DNA of 64,000 bases from an uncultured Gemmatimonadota bacterium (GTDB lineage Bacteria > Gemmatimonadota > Gemmatimonadetes > Palauibacterales > Palauibacteraceae), in contig CAYXHP010000068.1 in NCBI GenBank assembly GCA_964465015.1, positions 2,362 through 66,361 of the forward strand, in the 5' to 3' direction. The position numbers and the translations under genes are program-made. Positions 56,648 through 64,000 of the stretch are shown here, piece after piece (positions within the stretch are counted from its first letter, which is position 1; every line of letters starts with the position of its first letter). The notes under the pieces were generated by a model, which was not told the DNA's origin, made no database searches, and saw only the letters and a program-made list of their open reading frames with translations.

Positions 56648-56953
56648 ATGACGAAGGCGGATCTGGTCGACCAGGTGTACGAAGCCATCGGACCGGGCAT
56701 CACGAAGAAGGACTGCGCGGCGGTCGTGGACGGCTTTCTCAACGCGGTCAGGAACGCTCTGGCCAACGAGGAGCGCATCGAGCTGCGGGGCTTCGGGACG
56801 TTCGAAGTTCGGCACCGGAAAGCGCGCATGGCGCGGAATCCCCGGACCGGCGACCCGGTCCGCGTGCCTCCGCGGGCGGTGCCGGTGTTCAGGCCCTCCA
56901 AGCTCTGGAAGGAGTACGTGGCGGAGGAAGCGGACTACCCGCCGAGTTTCTGA
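56648..56953 (+). CDS. HU/IHF family DNA-binding protein
   Basis: MTKADLV, IELRGFGTF, ARNPRTG, PVFRP. Confidence 0.95.
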   Translation: MTKADLVDQVYEAIGPGITKKDCAAVVDGFLNAVRNALANEERIELRGFGTFEVRHRKARMARNPRTGDPVRVPPRAVPVFRPSKLWKEYVAEEADYPPSF

Positions 56954-57025
56954 CCCGGCCCTCGGGTCCGCCCCGGACGTTCCGTCGCGCACCGAACCGC
57001 GCGGCGGAACGTCTCGCCCTGCGTG

Positions 57026-58192
57026 TCAGCCCTGCTCGAAGAAGGCCCTCACCCGACGGATTCCTTCCTCGAGCGTCTCCCGGTCGACGGCCAGATTGAA
57101 CCGCAGGTGGCCGGGACTCTCGAAGGCCTCGCCGGGGACGCACGCGACTCCGGCCCCGAGCAGTTCATCCGCCAGATCGGCCGAGTCCGTACTCCCGGTC
57201 ACGCGGGTCCACAGGAAGATGCCCCCTTCGGGCGCACGGATCTCGAGACCCGGGACGTCCGCCAGCCCCTCCACCGCCAGGGCGCGCGTCCCGCCCAGTC
57301 GCTCCAGGAAGTCCGCGATCACCGCCTCGCGCTCCTCCCGGCGCCCGAAGGCCGCCGCGGCGGCGTACTGCGAGGGCGCCGCGGCTCCCGACGTCGTCTG
57401 ACTCTGGAGGTCGGCGGCCTTCCCGATCAGCTCCCGGGGACCGGCGGCGAAGCCGATGCGCCATCCCGTCATCGCGAACGCCTTGGAGACGCCGTCCAGG
57501 ACCACGGTGCGCTCGGGCGCGGCCGGCACGTCGAGGAGAGAGGGGGCGGGGCCGTCGCCGAAGCGAAGTCGTCGGTAGATCTCATCCGACAGGAGCCACA
57601 CACCGTGCCGCCCGGACCACTCGGCGATGGCGCCCAGGAGCTCCGCGTCGTAGACCGCCCCCGATGGGTTGTTGGGGCTGTTGAGAAGGAGGACCCGGGT
57701 GCGCTCCGTACGGGCCGCCTCGAGACGCTCCGGGTCGAGGTGGAAGCCTTCCTCCCAGGTGGTCTCCACGAGGACCGGCTCGGCCCCGGCGAGCCGAACC
57801 TGGGGACGATAGCTCGTCCAGCACGGCGTCGGAACCAGGACCTCGTCTCCGGGCCCGGCCAGGCAGAACAGACAGTTGAACAGCGCCTGCTTCACGCCGG
57901 CGCTCACCAGGACCTGTGCGGGGTCGAGGTCGGCGCTGCGGGTGGTCTCGGCCAGGTAGTCGACGATCGCGCGGCGCAGCTCCGGCACACCCTGGTTGGG
58001 CGGATAGCCCAGCCGGCCGGCGTGGACGGCGTCGATCCCGGCCTCGGCCGCGAAGTTCGGCGTGCCGTAAACCGGCTCGCCCGCGGACAGGTCGACGATC
58101 GAGTGTCCCTCCTCCCGCAGCCGACGGGCGCGGGCCGAGAGTGCCAGGGTGGCCGAGGGTTCGAGCGAGGAGACGTTTCGGGAGAATCTCAC
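57026..58192 (-). CDS. PLP-dependent aminotransferase class I/II (aspartate aminotransferase-like)
   Basis: LSAGEP, NSPNNPSG, SDEIY, GVSKAFAMTGWRIG. Confidence 0.93.
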   Translation of the reverse strand: MRFSRNVSSLEPSATLALSARARRLREEGHSIVDLSAGEPVYGTPNFAAEAGIDAVHAGRLGYPPNQGVPELRRAIVDYLAETTRSADLDPAQVLVSAGVKQALFNCLFCLAGPGDEVLVPTPCWTSYRPQVRLAGAEPVLVETTWEEGFHLDPERLEAARTERTRVLLLNSPNNPSGAVYDAELLGAIAEWSGRHGVWLLSDEIYRRLRFGDGPAPSLLDVPAAPERTVVLDGVSKAFAMTGWRIGFAAGPRELIGKAADLQSQTTSGAAAPSQYAAAAAFGRREEREAVIADFLERLGGTRALAVEGLADVPGLEIRAPEGGIFLWTRVTGSTDSADLADELLGAGVACVPGEAFESPGHLRFNLAVDRETLEEGIRRVRAFFEQG

Positions 58193-58218
58193 CGGCTCTC
58201 CACAGGTGCGGGATCGCG

Positions 58219-58247
58219 TTGAAGGCGGACGGGCCGCGCGCTACCTT
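58219..58247 (+). promoter_or_regulatory. Candidate sigma70 promoter of the moa operon
   Basis: TTGAAG-N17-TACCTT. Confidence 0.5.
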
Positions 58248-58300
58248 GAACCGGAGCGAGCTCCGCCGGAAAGCGGCCGGGAAGCTGCCCCGCCGGCCCG

Positions 58301-58330
58301 ATCCTACGGACGGCGCAGGCGGGGCGTCAA
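58301..58330 (-). promoter_or_regulatory. Candidate sigma70 promoter of the aminotransferase gene
   Basis: Reverse strand TTGACG-N18-TAGGAT. Confidence 0.55.
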
Positions 58331-58345
58331 GCAGGGTGAGTGAAG

Positions 58346-58648
58346 ATGACGCACGAGACCACGACCACACTCTCGCCCGCCGAGGTGCTCGCCGAGGCGA
58401 GGGAGTTCTTCACCGGACGACACCCGATCTGTCCGGCATCCATCGAGAGTGAATCCGACCGGCACATCACGTTCAACACGTTTCGAAGCCGAATCACCGT
58501 GGCGGCCTTCCCGGACCCGGGGGACGAGGGTGCCACGCGCGTTCGCGCTTCGACGCTGCGCGAGGACGCGGTGGCGGCCCGGTTCCTGAGCGCGATCGGC
58601 TCGCTGGGGCGCGATCGGGTCGCCGCCGGGAAGGGGCCGGGCGCGTGA
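58346..58648 (+). CDS. Hypothetical alpha/beta protein (100 aa) heading the moa operon
   Basis: Protein-like sequence (TTLSPAEVL.EAREFF…HITF…TRVRAST); GTGA overlap with moaD. Confidence 0.75.
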   Translation: MTHETTTTLSPAEVLAEAREFFTGRHPICPASIESESDRHITFNTFRSRITVAAFPDPGDEGATRVRASTLREDAVAARFLSAIGSLGRDRVAAGKGPGA

Positions 58649-58908
58649 CCCGAGCCGCGGCGGAGGGCACGCTCACCGTGGAGGTCCGCTTCTTCGCGGT
58701 GCTTCGCGACCTTGCGGGCAGCGAGCGGTGGGAGCTCGAACTGCCCTCCGGCGCCACCGTCGCGGACCTCCTGGCGCGACTCGGCGAAGAGATCCCGGGG
58801 CTTCCGGGTGGGCTGGCCGTGGCCGTGGGGCTGGAGTACGCCGGGCCGGGACGCGTGCTCGAGACGGGCGACGAGGTGGCGCTCATCCCGCCGGTCTCCG
58901 GGGGCTGA
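58645..58908 (+). CDS. moaD: Molybdopterin synthase sulfur carrier
   Basis: VRFFAVLRD, GDEVALIPPVSGG C-terminus. Confidence 0.95.
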   Translation: MTRAAAEGTLTVEVRFFAVLRDLAGSERWELELPSGATVADLLARLGEEIPGLPGGLAVAVGLEYAGPGRVLETGDEVALIPPVSGG

Positions 58909-58909
58909 G

Positions 58910-59386
58910 GTGGACACCCACCCGCCTTCGCAGACCCCGGCCGTGAGCGTGCGAATCAGCGCCGACCCGATCGATGGCGAGGCACTGGTACGCCGGGTCG
59001 CCGGACCGGCCGAGGGAGCGGTGATCCTCTTCCTGGGAACCGTCCGCGACCACAACCTCGAGCGGGCCGTGATCCGGCTCGACTACGAGGCGTACGAGCC
59101 GATGGCGCTCCGCGAGCTCGAGACCGTATGCGCCGAGGCCGGGAAGCGCTTCGGGCTCTCCCGGGTGGCGGCCGTGCACAGGATCGGCAGCCTGGAACCG
59201 GGCCAGACGAGTCTCGGCGTGGCGGTCTCCTCACCACACCGGGATGCGGCCTACCGGGCCTCCCGCTGGATCGTGGAAGAGGTGAAGCGGCGGCTCCCGG
59301 TGTGGAAGCGCGAAGCGTACGCGGACGGCACCGACAGGTGGCTGGCCGGCCGGCCGGCTTCGGCCACCCGGGGAGCGGCGCCGTGA
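58910..59386 (+). CDS. moaE: Molybdopterin synthase catalytic subunit
   Basis: F.GTVRD, LDYEAY..MA, HR.G.L, SSPHR, PVWKRE. Confidence 0.95.
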   Translation: MDTHPPSQTPAVSVRISADPIDGEALVRRVAGPAEGAVILFLGTVRDHNLERAVIRLDYEAYEPMALRELETVCAEAGKRFGLSRVAAVHRIGSLEPGQTSLGVAVSSPHRDAAYRASRWIVEEVKRRLPVWKREAYADGTDRWLAGRPASATRGAAP

Positions 59387-60363
59387 AGGACCAGTTCGGC
59401 CGCCGCATCGACTACCTGCGCATCTCGGTCACCGACAAGTGCAACCTGCGCTGTACCTACTGCATGCCGGTCGAGGGGCTGGAGTGGGTGCCCCGGGAGG
59501 AGCTCCTCAGCTACGAGGAGATCACCGAGATCGTGCGGCAGATGGCCGGGCTGGGCCTGTCCCGGATTCGCCTCACCGGAGGCGAGCCCCTCGTTCGCAC
59601 CGACCTTCCCGAGCTGGTGCGCTTGCTGGCGGCGGTTCCTGGCATCGAGGACCTGGCCCTGTCGACCAACGCGGTGCTCCTCCCACGCTTCGCCACCCCT
59701 CTGCGCGCGGCGGGCGTCCGGCGCGTCAACATCAGCCTTGACACGCTCCGCAGGGACCGGTTCGAGGCCATCGCGCATCGCCCGGCGCGCTTCTTCGACG
59801 CCACCCTGGAGGGGATCGAGGCAGCCGAGGACGCGGGCTTCACGCCGATCAAGATCAACACGGTGGTCATGCGCGGCATCAACGACGATGAGATCGCCGA
59901 TTTTGCCGCGATCACCCGCGAGCGCCCGTGGCACGTCCGTTTCATCGAGCTGATGCCGGTGGGCCGTAACCTCCACCTCACCGACGCGTTCGTGCCGGCG
60001 GAAGAGATGCTGGAGCGCGTGCGCTGTCTCGGGGACCTGCGCCCGGTGGAGGGTCCCCCGGGCAACGGGCCGGCCCGCTACTTTCGACATGCGGGTGCGC
60101 CCGGCACGGTGGGGGTGATCACGCCGCTGTCCCACAACTACTGCGACCGGTGCAATCGGATGCGGCTCACGGCGGAGGGGCAGCTGCGAACCTGTCTATT
60201 CGGGGAGCACGAGGTCGACCTGAAGGGGCCGCTCCGGGAGACCGGAAGCGTCCTCGAGGCGGTGGAGCGAGCCCTGGCGGAAAAGCCGGAGCGCCACTAC
60301 CTGCAGCTCGGCTCGAGCCGGGGAAGCGGAGGGCTGGCGGCTCTCAGCGAAGTCGGAGGTTGA
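59383..60363 (+). CDS. moaA: GTP 3',8-cyclase (radical SAM)
   Basis: YLRISVTDKCNLRCTYC, TGGEP, FIELMP, CDRCNR…C, C-terminal GG. Confidence 0.96.
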   Translation: MKDQFGRRIDYLRISVTDKCNLRCTYCMPVEGLEWVPREELLSYEEITEIVRQMAGLGLSRIRLTGGEPLVRTDLPELVRLLAAVPGIEDLALSTNAVLLPRFATPLRAAGVRRVNISLDTLRRDRFEAIAHRPARFFDATLEGIEAAEDAGFTPIKINTVVMRGINDDEIADFAAITRERPWHVRFIELMPVGRNLHLTDAFVPAEEMLERVRCLGDLRPVEGPPGNGPARYFRHAGAPGTVGVITPLSHNYCDRCNRMRLTAEGQLRTCLFGEHEVDLKGPLRETGSVLEAVERALAEKPERHYLQLGSSRGSGGLAALSEVGG

Positions 60364-60436
60364 GCCCGGATGCGGACGAGTGGAGTCGGGACGACAGACC
60401 ATTCGCGCGGGGGACGCGGAGACGCGGGGAGGGAGC

Positions 60437-60679
60437 ATGACGTACGAGGAGAGGCAGCGTTACCGGGAGCTTCTGGACGAAGTCGAGGAGCTCCGTGACC
60501 GCCTGGGGGGAGAGGGGTTGGACCAGCCGCTCACGCACGAGGAGGCGCTCGACCTGCTGGGGCTCATCGAGGCCGCACTGCAGAGGGTGAGCCCGGAGCG
60601 CTGGGACCGGGCCCTTGAGGCCGTGGCGGGCGAAGCCGCCCGGCGAGCGGGGGCCATGGTGGGACCGTTCCGGAACTGA
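60437..60679 (+). CDS. Small helical hypothetical protein (80 aa)
   Basis: RBS GGAGGGAG before ATG; Glu/Leu/Arg-rich helical pattern. Confidence 0.65.
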   Translation: MTYEERQRYRELLDEVEELRDRLGGEGLDQPLTHEEALDLLGLIEAALQRVSPERWDRALEAVAGEAARRAGAMVGPFRN

Positions 60680-60691
60680 ATCGGGTCTCGG

Positions 60692-60720
60692 TTGCTCGCT
60701 TCGGAGGTGCCCGGTACCTT
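60692..60720 (+). promoter_or_regulatory. Candidate promoter of the mdh-sdh operon
   Basis: TTGCTC-N17-TACCTT, followed by an A-rich leader. Confidence 0.45.
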
Positions 60721-60783
60721 GCGGCGCGCCGGTTTGAAACGAGAATGATGAGCCCGGTCTCGACATAAAGAGAGAGGCACACG

Positions 60784-61710
60784 GTGAACAAGATCACGGT
60801 CGTCGGCGCGGGACATGTAGGCGCCACGTCCGCGATGCGCATCGCGGAGGCGGAGCTCGCGCGGAACGTCGTCCTGGTGGACATCAAGCAGGGCCTCCCG
60901 CAGGGGATCGCCCTGGACCAGTGGGAGTCGGCGCCGGTCGGCGGCTTCGATACGCGCCTGAGCGGCGCGCAGGGCTATGAGGACACGGCGGGCTCGGGCA
61001 TCGTGGTCGTCACGGCGGGGTTCGCCCGCAAGCCGGGCATGAGCCGGGACGACCTCGTCGCCAAGAACAGCCAGGTAGTCCAGGCCATCGCTGCGGAGAT
61101 CCTGGACCGAAGTCCGGACGCGGTCATCATCATGGTGACCAATCCGCTCGACGTCATGGCCTACGTGGCCAAGCAGGTGACCGACTTCCCACGCGAGCGG
61201 ATCGTCGGCATGGCCGGCGTGCTGGACACGGCCCGCTTCCGCAGCTTCATCGCTCTCGAGCTCGACGTCAGCGTCCAGGACGTTCAGGCTCTCGTGCTCG
61301 GCGGGCACGGGGACAGCATGGTACCCATCGTGAGCACGGTATCGGTCGGCGGCATTCCACTCACCCAGCTGCTCCCTCTCGAGCGGATCGAGGAGCTCGT
61401 CCAGCGCACCCGAAAGGGAGGCGGCGAGATCGTGGGACTCCTCAAGGAGGGGAGCGCCTACTACGCCCCGTCGGCGGCGGTGACCCAGATGTGTGAGGCC
61501 ATCGTCCGCGACCAGAAGCGCGTGCTTCCTTGCGCCGCCTGGCTCGAGGGCGAGTACGGACTGGAGGGACTGTTCGTGGGCGTGCCCTGCAAGCTGGGCC
61601 GCGGGGGCGTGGAGCAGATCCTCGAGGTCGAGCTCACAGCGGACGAGCAGTCGGCCCTGGAGCGCTCCGCGGCCGACGTCCGCGAGACGATGGAGGCGGT
61701 CCAGGTTTGA
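60784..61710 (+). CDS. mdh: Malate dehydrogenase (LDH-like type)
   Basis: GAGHVG, RKPGMSRDDL, NPLD, LDTAR, GGHGD, SAYYAP. Confidence 0.97.
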   Translation: MNKITVVGAGHVGATSAMRIAEAELARNVVLVDIKQGLPQGIALDQWESAPVGGFDTRLSGAQGYEDTAGSGIVVVTAGFARKPGMSRDDLVAKNSQVVQAIAAEILDRSPDAVIIMVTNPLDVMAYVAKQVTDFPRERIVGMAGVLDTARFRSFIALELDVSVQDVQALVLGGHGDSMVPIVSTVSVGGIPLTQLLPLERIEELVQRTRKGGGEIVGLLKEGSAYYAPSAAVTQMCEAIVRDQKRVLPCAAWLEGEYGLEGLFVGVPCKLGRGGVEQILEVELTADEQSALERSAADVRETMEAVQV

Positions 61711-61759
61711 GCATGCCATCCCAGGTCAGCGGCCGCGACGCGGGCACGAGGATGAAACC

Positions 61760-62197
61760 ATGAGCGATGGTGCCGCCGGTGGGCGGCCCGCCACGGCGGC
61801 CAGCCCACGAGGAGCGACATTCACCGGTCCGCGGGGCTGGCTCACTTACCGAGGCGGACTCGGGTACCTCATGTGGGCCATTCACCGGCTGGCCGGCCTC
61901 GGGATCCTCCTCTTCCTGGCCCTCCACATCGCCGACATCTTCCTCCTCGGCTTCGGGCAGCACGTCTTCGACAGCCTCCTGGCGTTCTACAACGCCCCCT
62001 GGGCGCACGTGATGGACGTCTTCCTGGTGTTCGGCGTGCTCTTCCACGCCATCAACGGGCTGCGGATCATCGTACAGGACTTCGCCCCGCGCGTGATGAT
62101 CGCCGAGCGCAAGCTGGTGATCATCGAGCTCGTGGTCTTCCTCGTGGTCTTCCTGCCCGCGGCCTGGGCGCTCCTCGCGCCGCTCTGGGGGGCATGA
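61760..62197 (+). CDS. sdhC: Succinate dehydrogenase cytochrome b subunit
   Basis: [20 protein letters not shown]; three TM helices. Confidence 0.92.
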   Translation: MSDGAAGGRPATAASPRGATFTGPRGWLTYRGGLGYLMWAIHRLAGLGILLFLALHIADIFLLGFGQHVFDSLLAFYNAPWAHVMDVFLVFGVLFHAINGLRIIVQDFAPRVMIAERKLVIIELVVFLVVFLPAAWALLAPLWGA

Positions 62198-62589
62198 TGG
62201 CCTCCGGGCGCAGGCGCGGCGGCGGGCACGTGCGGCCGGGCGATCGCGGCTTCGAAGGGTGGGCGTGGCTGTTCATGAGGGTGTCGGGTGTCGTCCTCCT
62301 GTTCCTGGCGGTCTTCCACCTCCTGTGGATGCACTACGTCATCGGGGTCGACAACCTGAACTTCCAGACCGTCGCCTCGCGCTGGGCCAATCCTCTGTGG
62401 AGGCTGTACGACTTCGCCCTGCTCGCCTTCGCTCTCGTACACGGGATGAACGGGCTCCGGATGGTGCTCGAGGATTACATCCACCGGGCCGGAACGCTGC
62501 TCACCGTGAAGAGCGTCGCGTACGTGCTCGCGTTCCTGCTCCTGAGCGCCGGGGGCTACATCATCTTCACGTTCCACGTCCCGGCCTGA
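62194..62589 (+). CDS. sdhD: Succinate dehydrogenase hydrophobic anchor subunit
   Basis: [24 protein letters not shown]. Confidence 0.92.
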   Translation: MMASGRRRGGGHVRPGDRGFEGWAWLFMRVSGVVLLFLAVFHLLWMHYVIGVDNLNFQTVASRWANPLWRLYDFALLAFALVHGMNGLRMVLEDYIHRAGTLLTVKSVAYVLAFLLLSAGGYIIFTFHVPA

Positions 62590-62621
62590 GGCCGGGGCCG
62601 GAAGCCGGACCGGAAGGGTCG

Positions 62622-64000
62622 ATGCCGAGAGTCCACACCTACGACGCCCTCGTGATCGGGGCCGGAGGCGCCGGGCTGATGGCGTCCCTCTACCTGGGGC
62701 GCCACCCGGGCGTGCGCACGGCGGTGGTCAGCAAGCTATACCCGACCCGCTCCCACACGGGGGCGGCGCAGGGCGGGATCGGGGCGTCGCTGGGGAACAT
62801 GGATGCCGACGGCGACCGCCCTGAGTGGCACACGTACGACACGGTGAAGGGAAGCGACTACCTGGGCGACCAGGACGCGATCGAGGTGATGTGCAAGGAC
62901 GCGCCCGACGTCGTCTACGAGCTCGAGCACATGGGGCTCCCCTTCAGCCGCACGGCCGAGGGCCGCATCGCCCAGCGCCGGTTCGGCGGCCACACCAAGC
63001 GCTTCGGCGAGGAGGCGGTACGCCGCTCCTGCTACGCGGCCTCCCGCACCGGGCACGCCATCCTGCAGACGCTCTACCAGCAGTGCGTCCGACACGACGT
63101 CAAGTTCTTCAACGAGTTCCATGTCGTGGATCTCCTCGTCGAGGACGACGTCTGCAAGGGACTCGTGGCGCTGGAGCTGGCCACCGGCGAGCTGCACGTC
63201 TTCCGGGCCAAGGCCATCCTGATCGCCACCGGCGGTCACGGCCGGGTGTGGGAGATCACCAGCAACGCGGTCACGCTCACGGGAGACGGTCTCGCGCTGG
63301 TGGCCCGCAAGGGGCTCCCGCTCGAGGACCTGGAGTTCTACCAGTTCCACCCCACCGGCATCTATCGGATGGGCATCCTCATCACGGAGGGGGTGCGGGG
63401 CGAAGGCGGCGTGCTGCGGAACTCCGAGGGCGAGCGGTTCATGGAGCGCTACGCGCCCAACATGAAGGACCTGGCCAGCCGGGACGTGGTCTCGCGGGCG
63501 ATCTACAAGGAGATTCGGGCCGGGAAGGGAATCGACGGCAAGCGCTACGTCTACCTGGACGCCACGCACCTCGGCCGCGAGGTGATCGAGAAGAAGCTCA
63601 CCGAGATCGCCGACTTCTGCCGCACCTACCTGGGCATCGACCCGGTCGACAGCCCTATCCCCGTGCAGCCCACGGCGCACTACGCCATGGGCGGAATCCC
63701 GACCAACGTGGACGGCCAGGTGATGGCGGACGAGACGGGGAGCGTGGTCCGCGGTCTGTACGCGGCCGGCGAGGCGGCGTGCGTCTCGGTGCACGGGGCC
63801 AACCGGCTCGGAACGAACAGCCTCCTGGACCTGGTGGTGTTCGGCCGGCGAGCGGGGGATCACATGGCGGAGTTCTGCGCCGCGGCGGACCTCGAGCCGA
63901 TCGGCGACGAGCCGCAGGGCCCGGCGCGCGAACGCCTCGAGACGCTCCGCAGCCGGGAGGGTGGCGAGCGGGCCGCCGACATCCGGGCCGAGATGCAGCA
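62622..64000 (+). CDS. sdhA: Succinate dehydrogenase flavoprotein subunit (runs off the window end)
   Basis: [17 protein letters not shown] (FAD-binding His), QFHPTG, TEG.RGEGG, HYAMGG, HGANRLG.NSL. Confidence 0.96.
   Translation, partial: MPRVHTYDALVIGAGGAGLMASLYLGRHPGVRTAVVSKLYPTRSHTGAAQGGIGASLGNMDADGDRPEWHTYDTVKGSDYLGDQDAIEVMCKDAPDVVYELEHMGLPFSRTAEGRIAQRRFGGHTKRFGEEAVRRSCYAASRTGHAILQTLYQQCVRHDVKFFNEFHVVDLLVEDDVCKGLVALELATGELHVFRAKAILIATGGHGRVWEITSNAVTLTGDGLALVARKGLPLEDLEFYQFHPTGIYRMGILITEGVRGEGGVLRNSEGERFMERYAPNMKDLASRDVVSRAIYKEIRAGKGIDGKRYVYLDATHLGREVIEKKLTEIADFCRTYLGIDPVDSPIPVQPTAHYAMGGIPTNVDGQVMADETGSVVRGLYAAGEAACVSVHGANRLGTNSLLDLVVFGRRAGDHMAEFCAAADLEPIGDEPQGPARERLETLRSREGGERAADIRAEMQ

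Noticed and set aside
58250-58345. Possible Moco riboswitch upstream of the moa operon
   Set aside because: Only short GC-rich hairpins are present, the leader is short, and I could not match the motif's conserved features. An Infernal scan would settle it.
60730-60783. Fur-box-like GAGAATGATGAG in the mdh leader
   Set aside because: Only a half-site resemblance, with no palindromic partner.

Overview
Very GC-rich bacterial chromosomal segment (GC judged by eye, not computed). Gene content and order point to a Gemmatimonadota-type organism (inference). It is mostly housekeeping: nadK(3' end)-recN; gltA-icd-pepA; yicC-gmk-rpoZ-coaBC-udg-dnaB-radA-ispD-tsaC-LMW phosphatase-aroE-comF-gap-pgk-tpiA-secG; rnhA, carA, sppA, HU and an aminotransferase; moaDEA; mdh-sdhCDA (partial). 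An accessory or envelope-rich block spans about 2-33 kb. Between tRNA-Cys and tRNA-Leu lie an orphan ExbB/TolQ-like gene, a decayed beta-propeller-type lipoprotein gene and an MFP-TolC-RND-RND efflux operon. These are followed by a REC-HD-GYP/lipoprotein/histidine-kinase triad, an S46 peptidase, an SGNH lipase with FadL, ZnuACB with DmpA, ETF-QO flanked by two acyltransferases, and rocD. I see no integrase, transposase, CRISPR array or prophage, and I cannot show a clear-cut new system. The best leads are: (i) an RNase HI with a rearranged active site (adjacent D-E, E48-equivalent Ala) lying antisense between secG and carA; (ii) the dual-RND cassette, whose two permeases differ in TM10 charged residues; (iii) a QseEG-like lipoprotein-kinase pair linked to a c-di-GMP phosphodiesterase; (iv) cofactor or catalytic Cys losses in ETF-QO, CarA and UDG; (v) an uncalled 38-aa membrane microprotein. 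Start codons were chosen by eye from RBS, gene overlaps and domain boundaries, so several differ from the ORF track.
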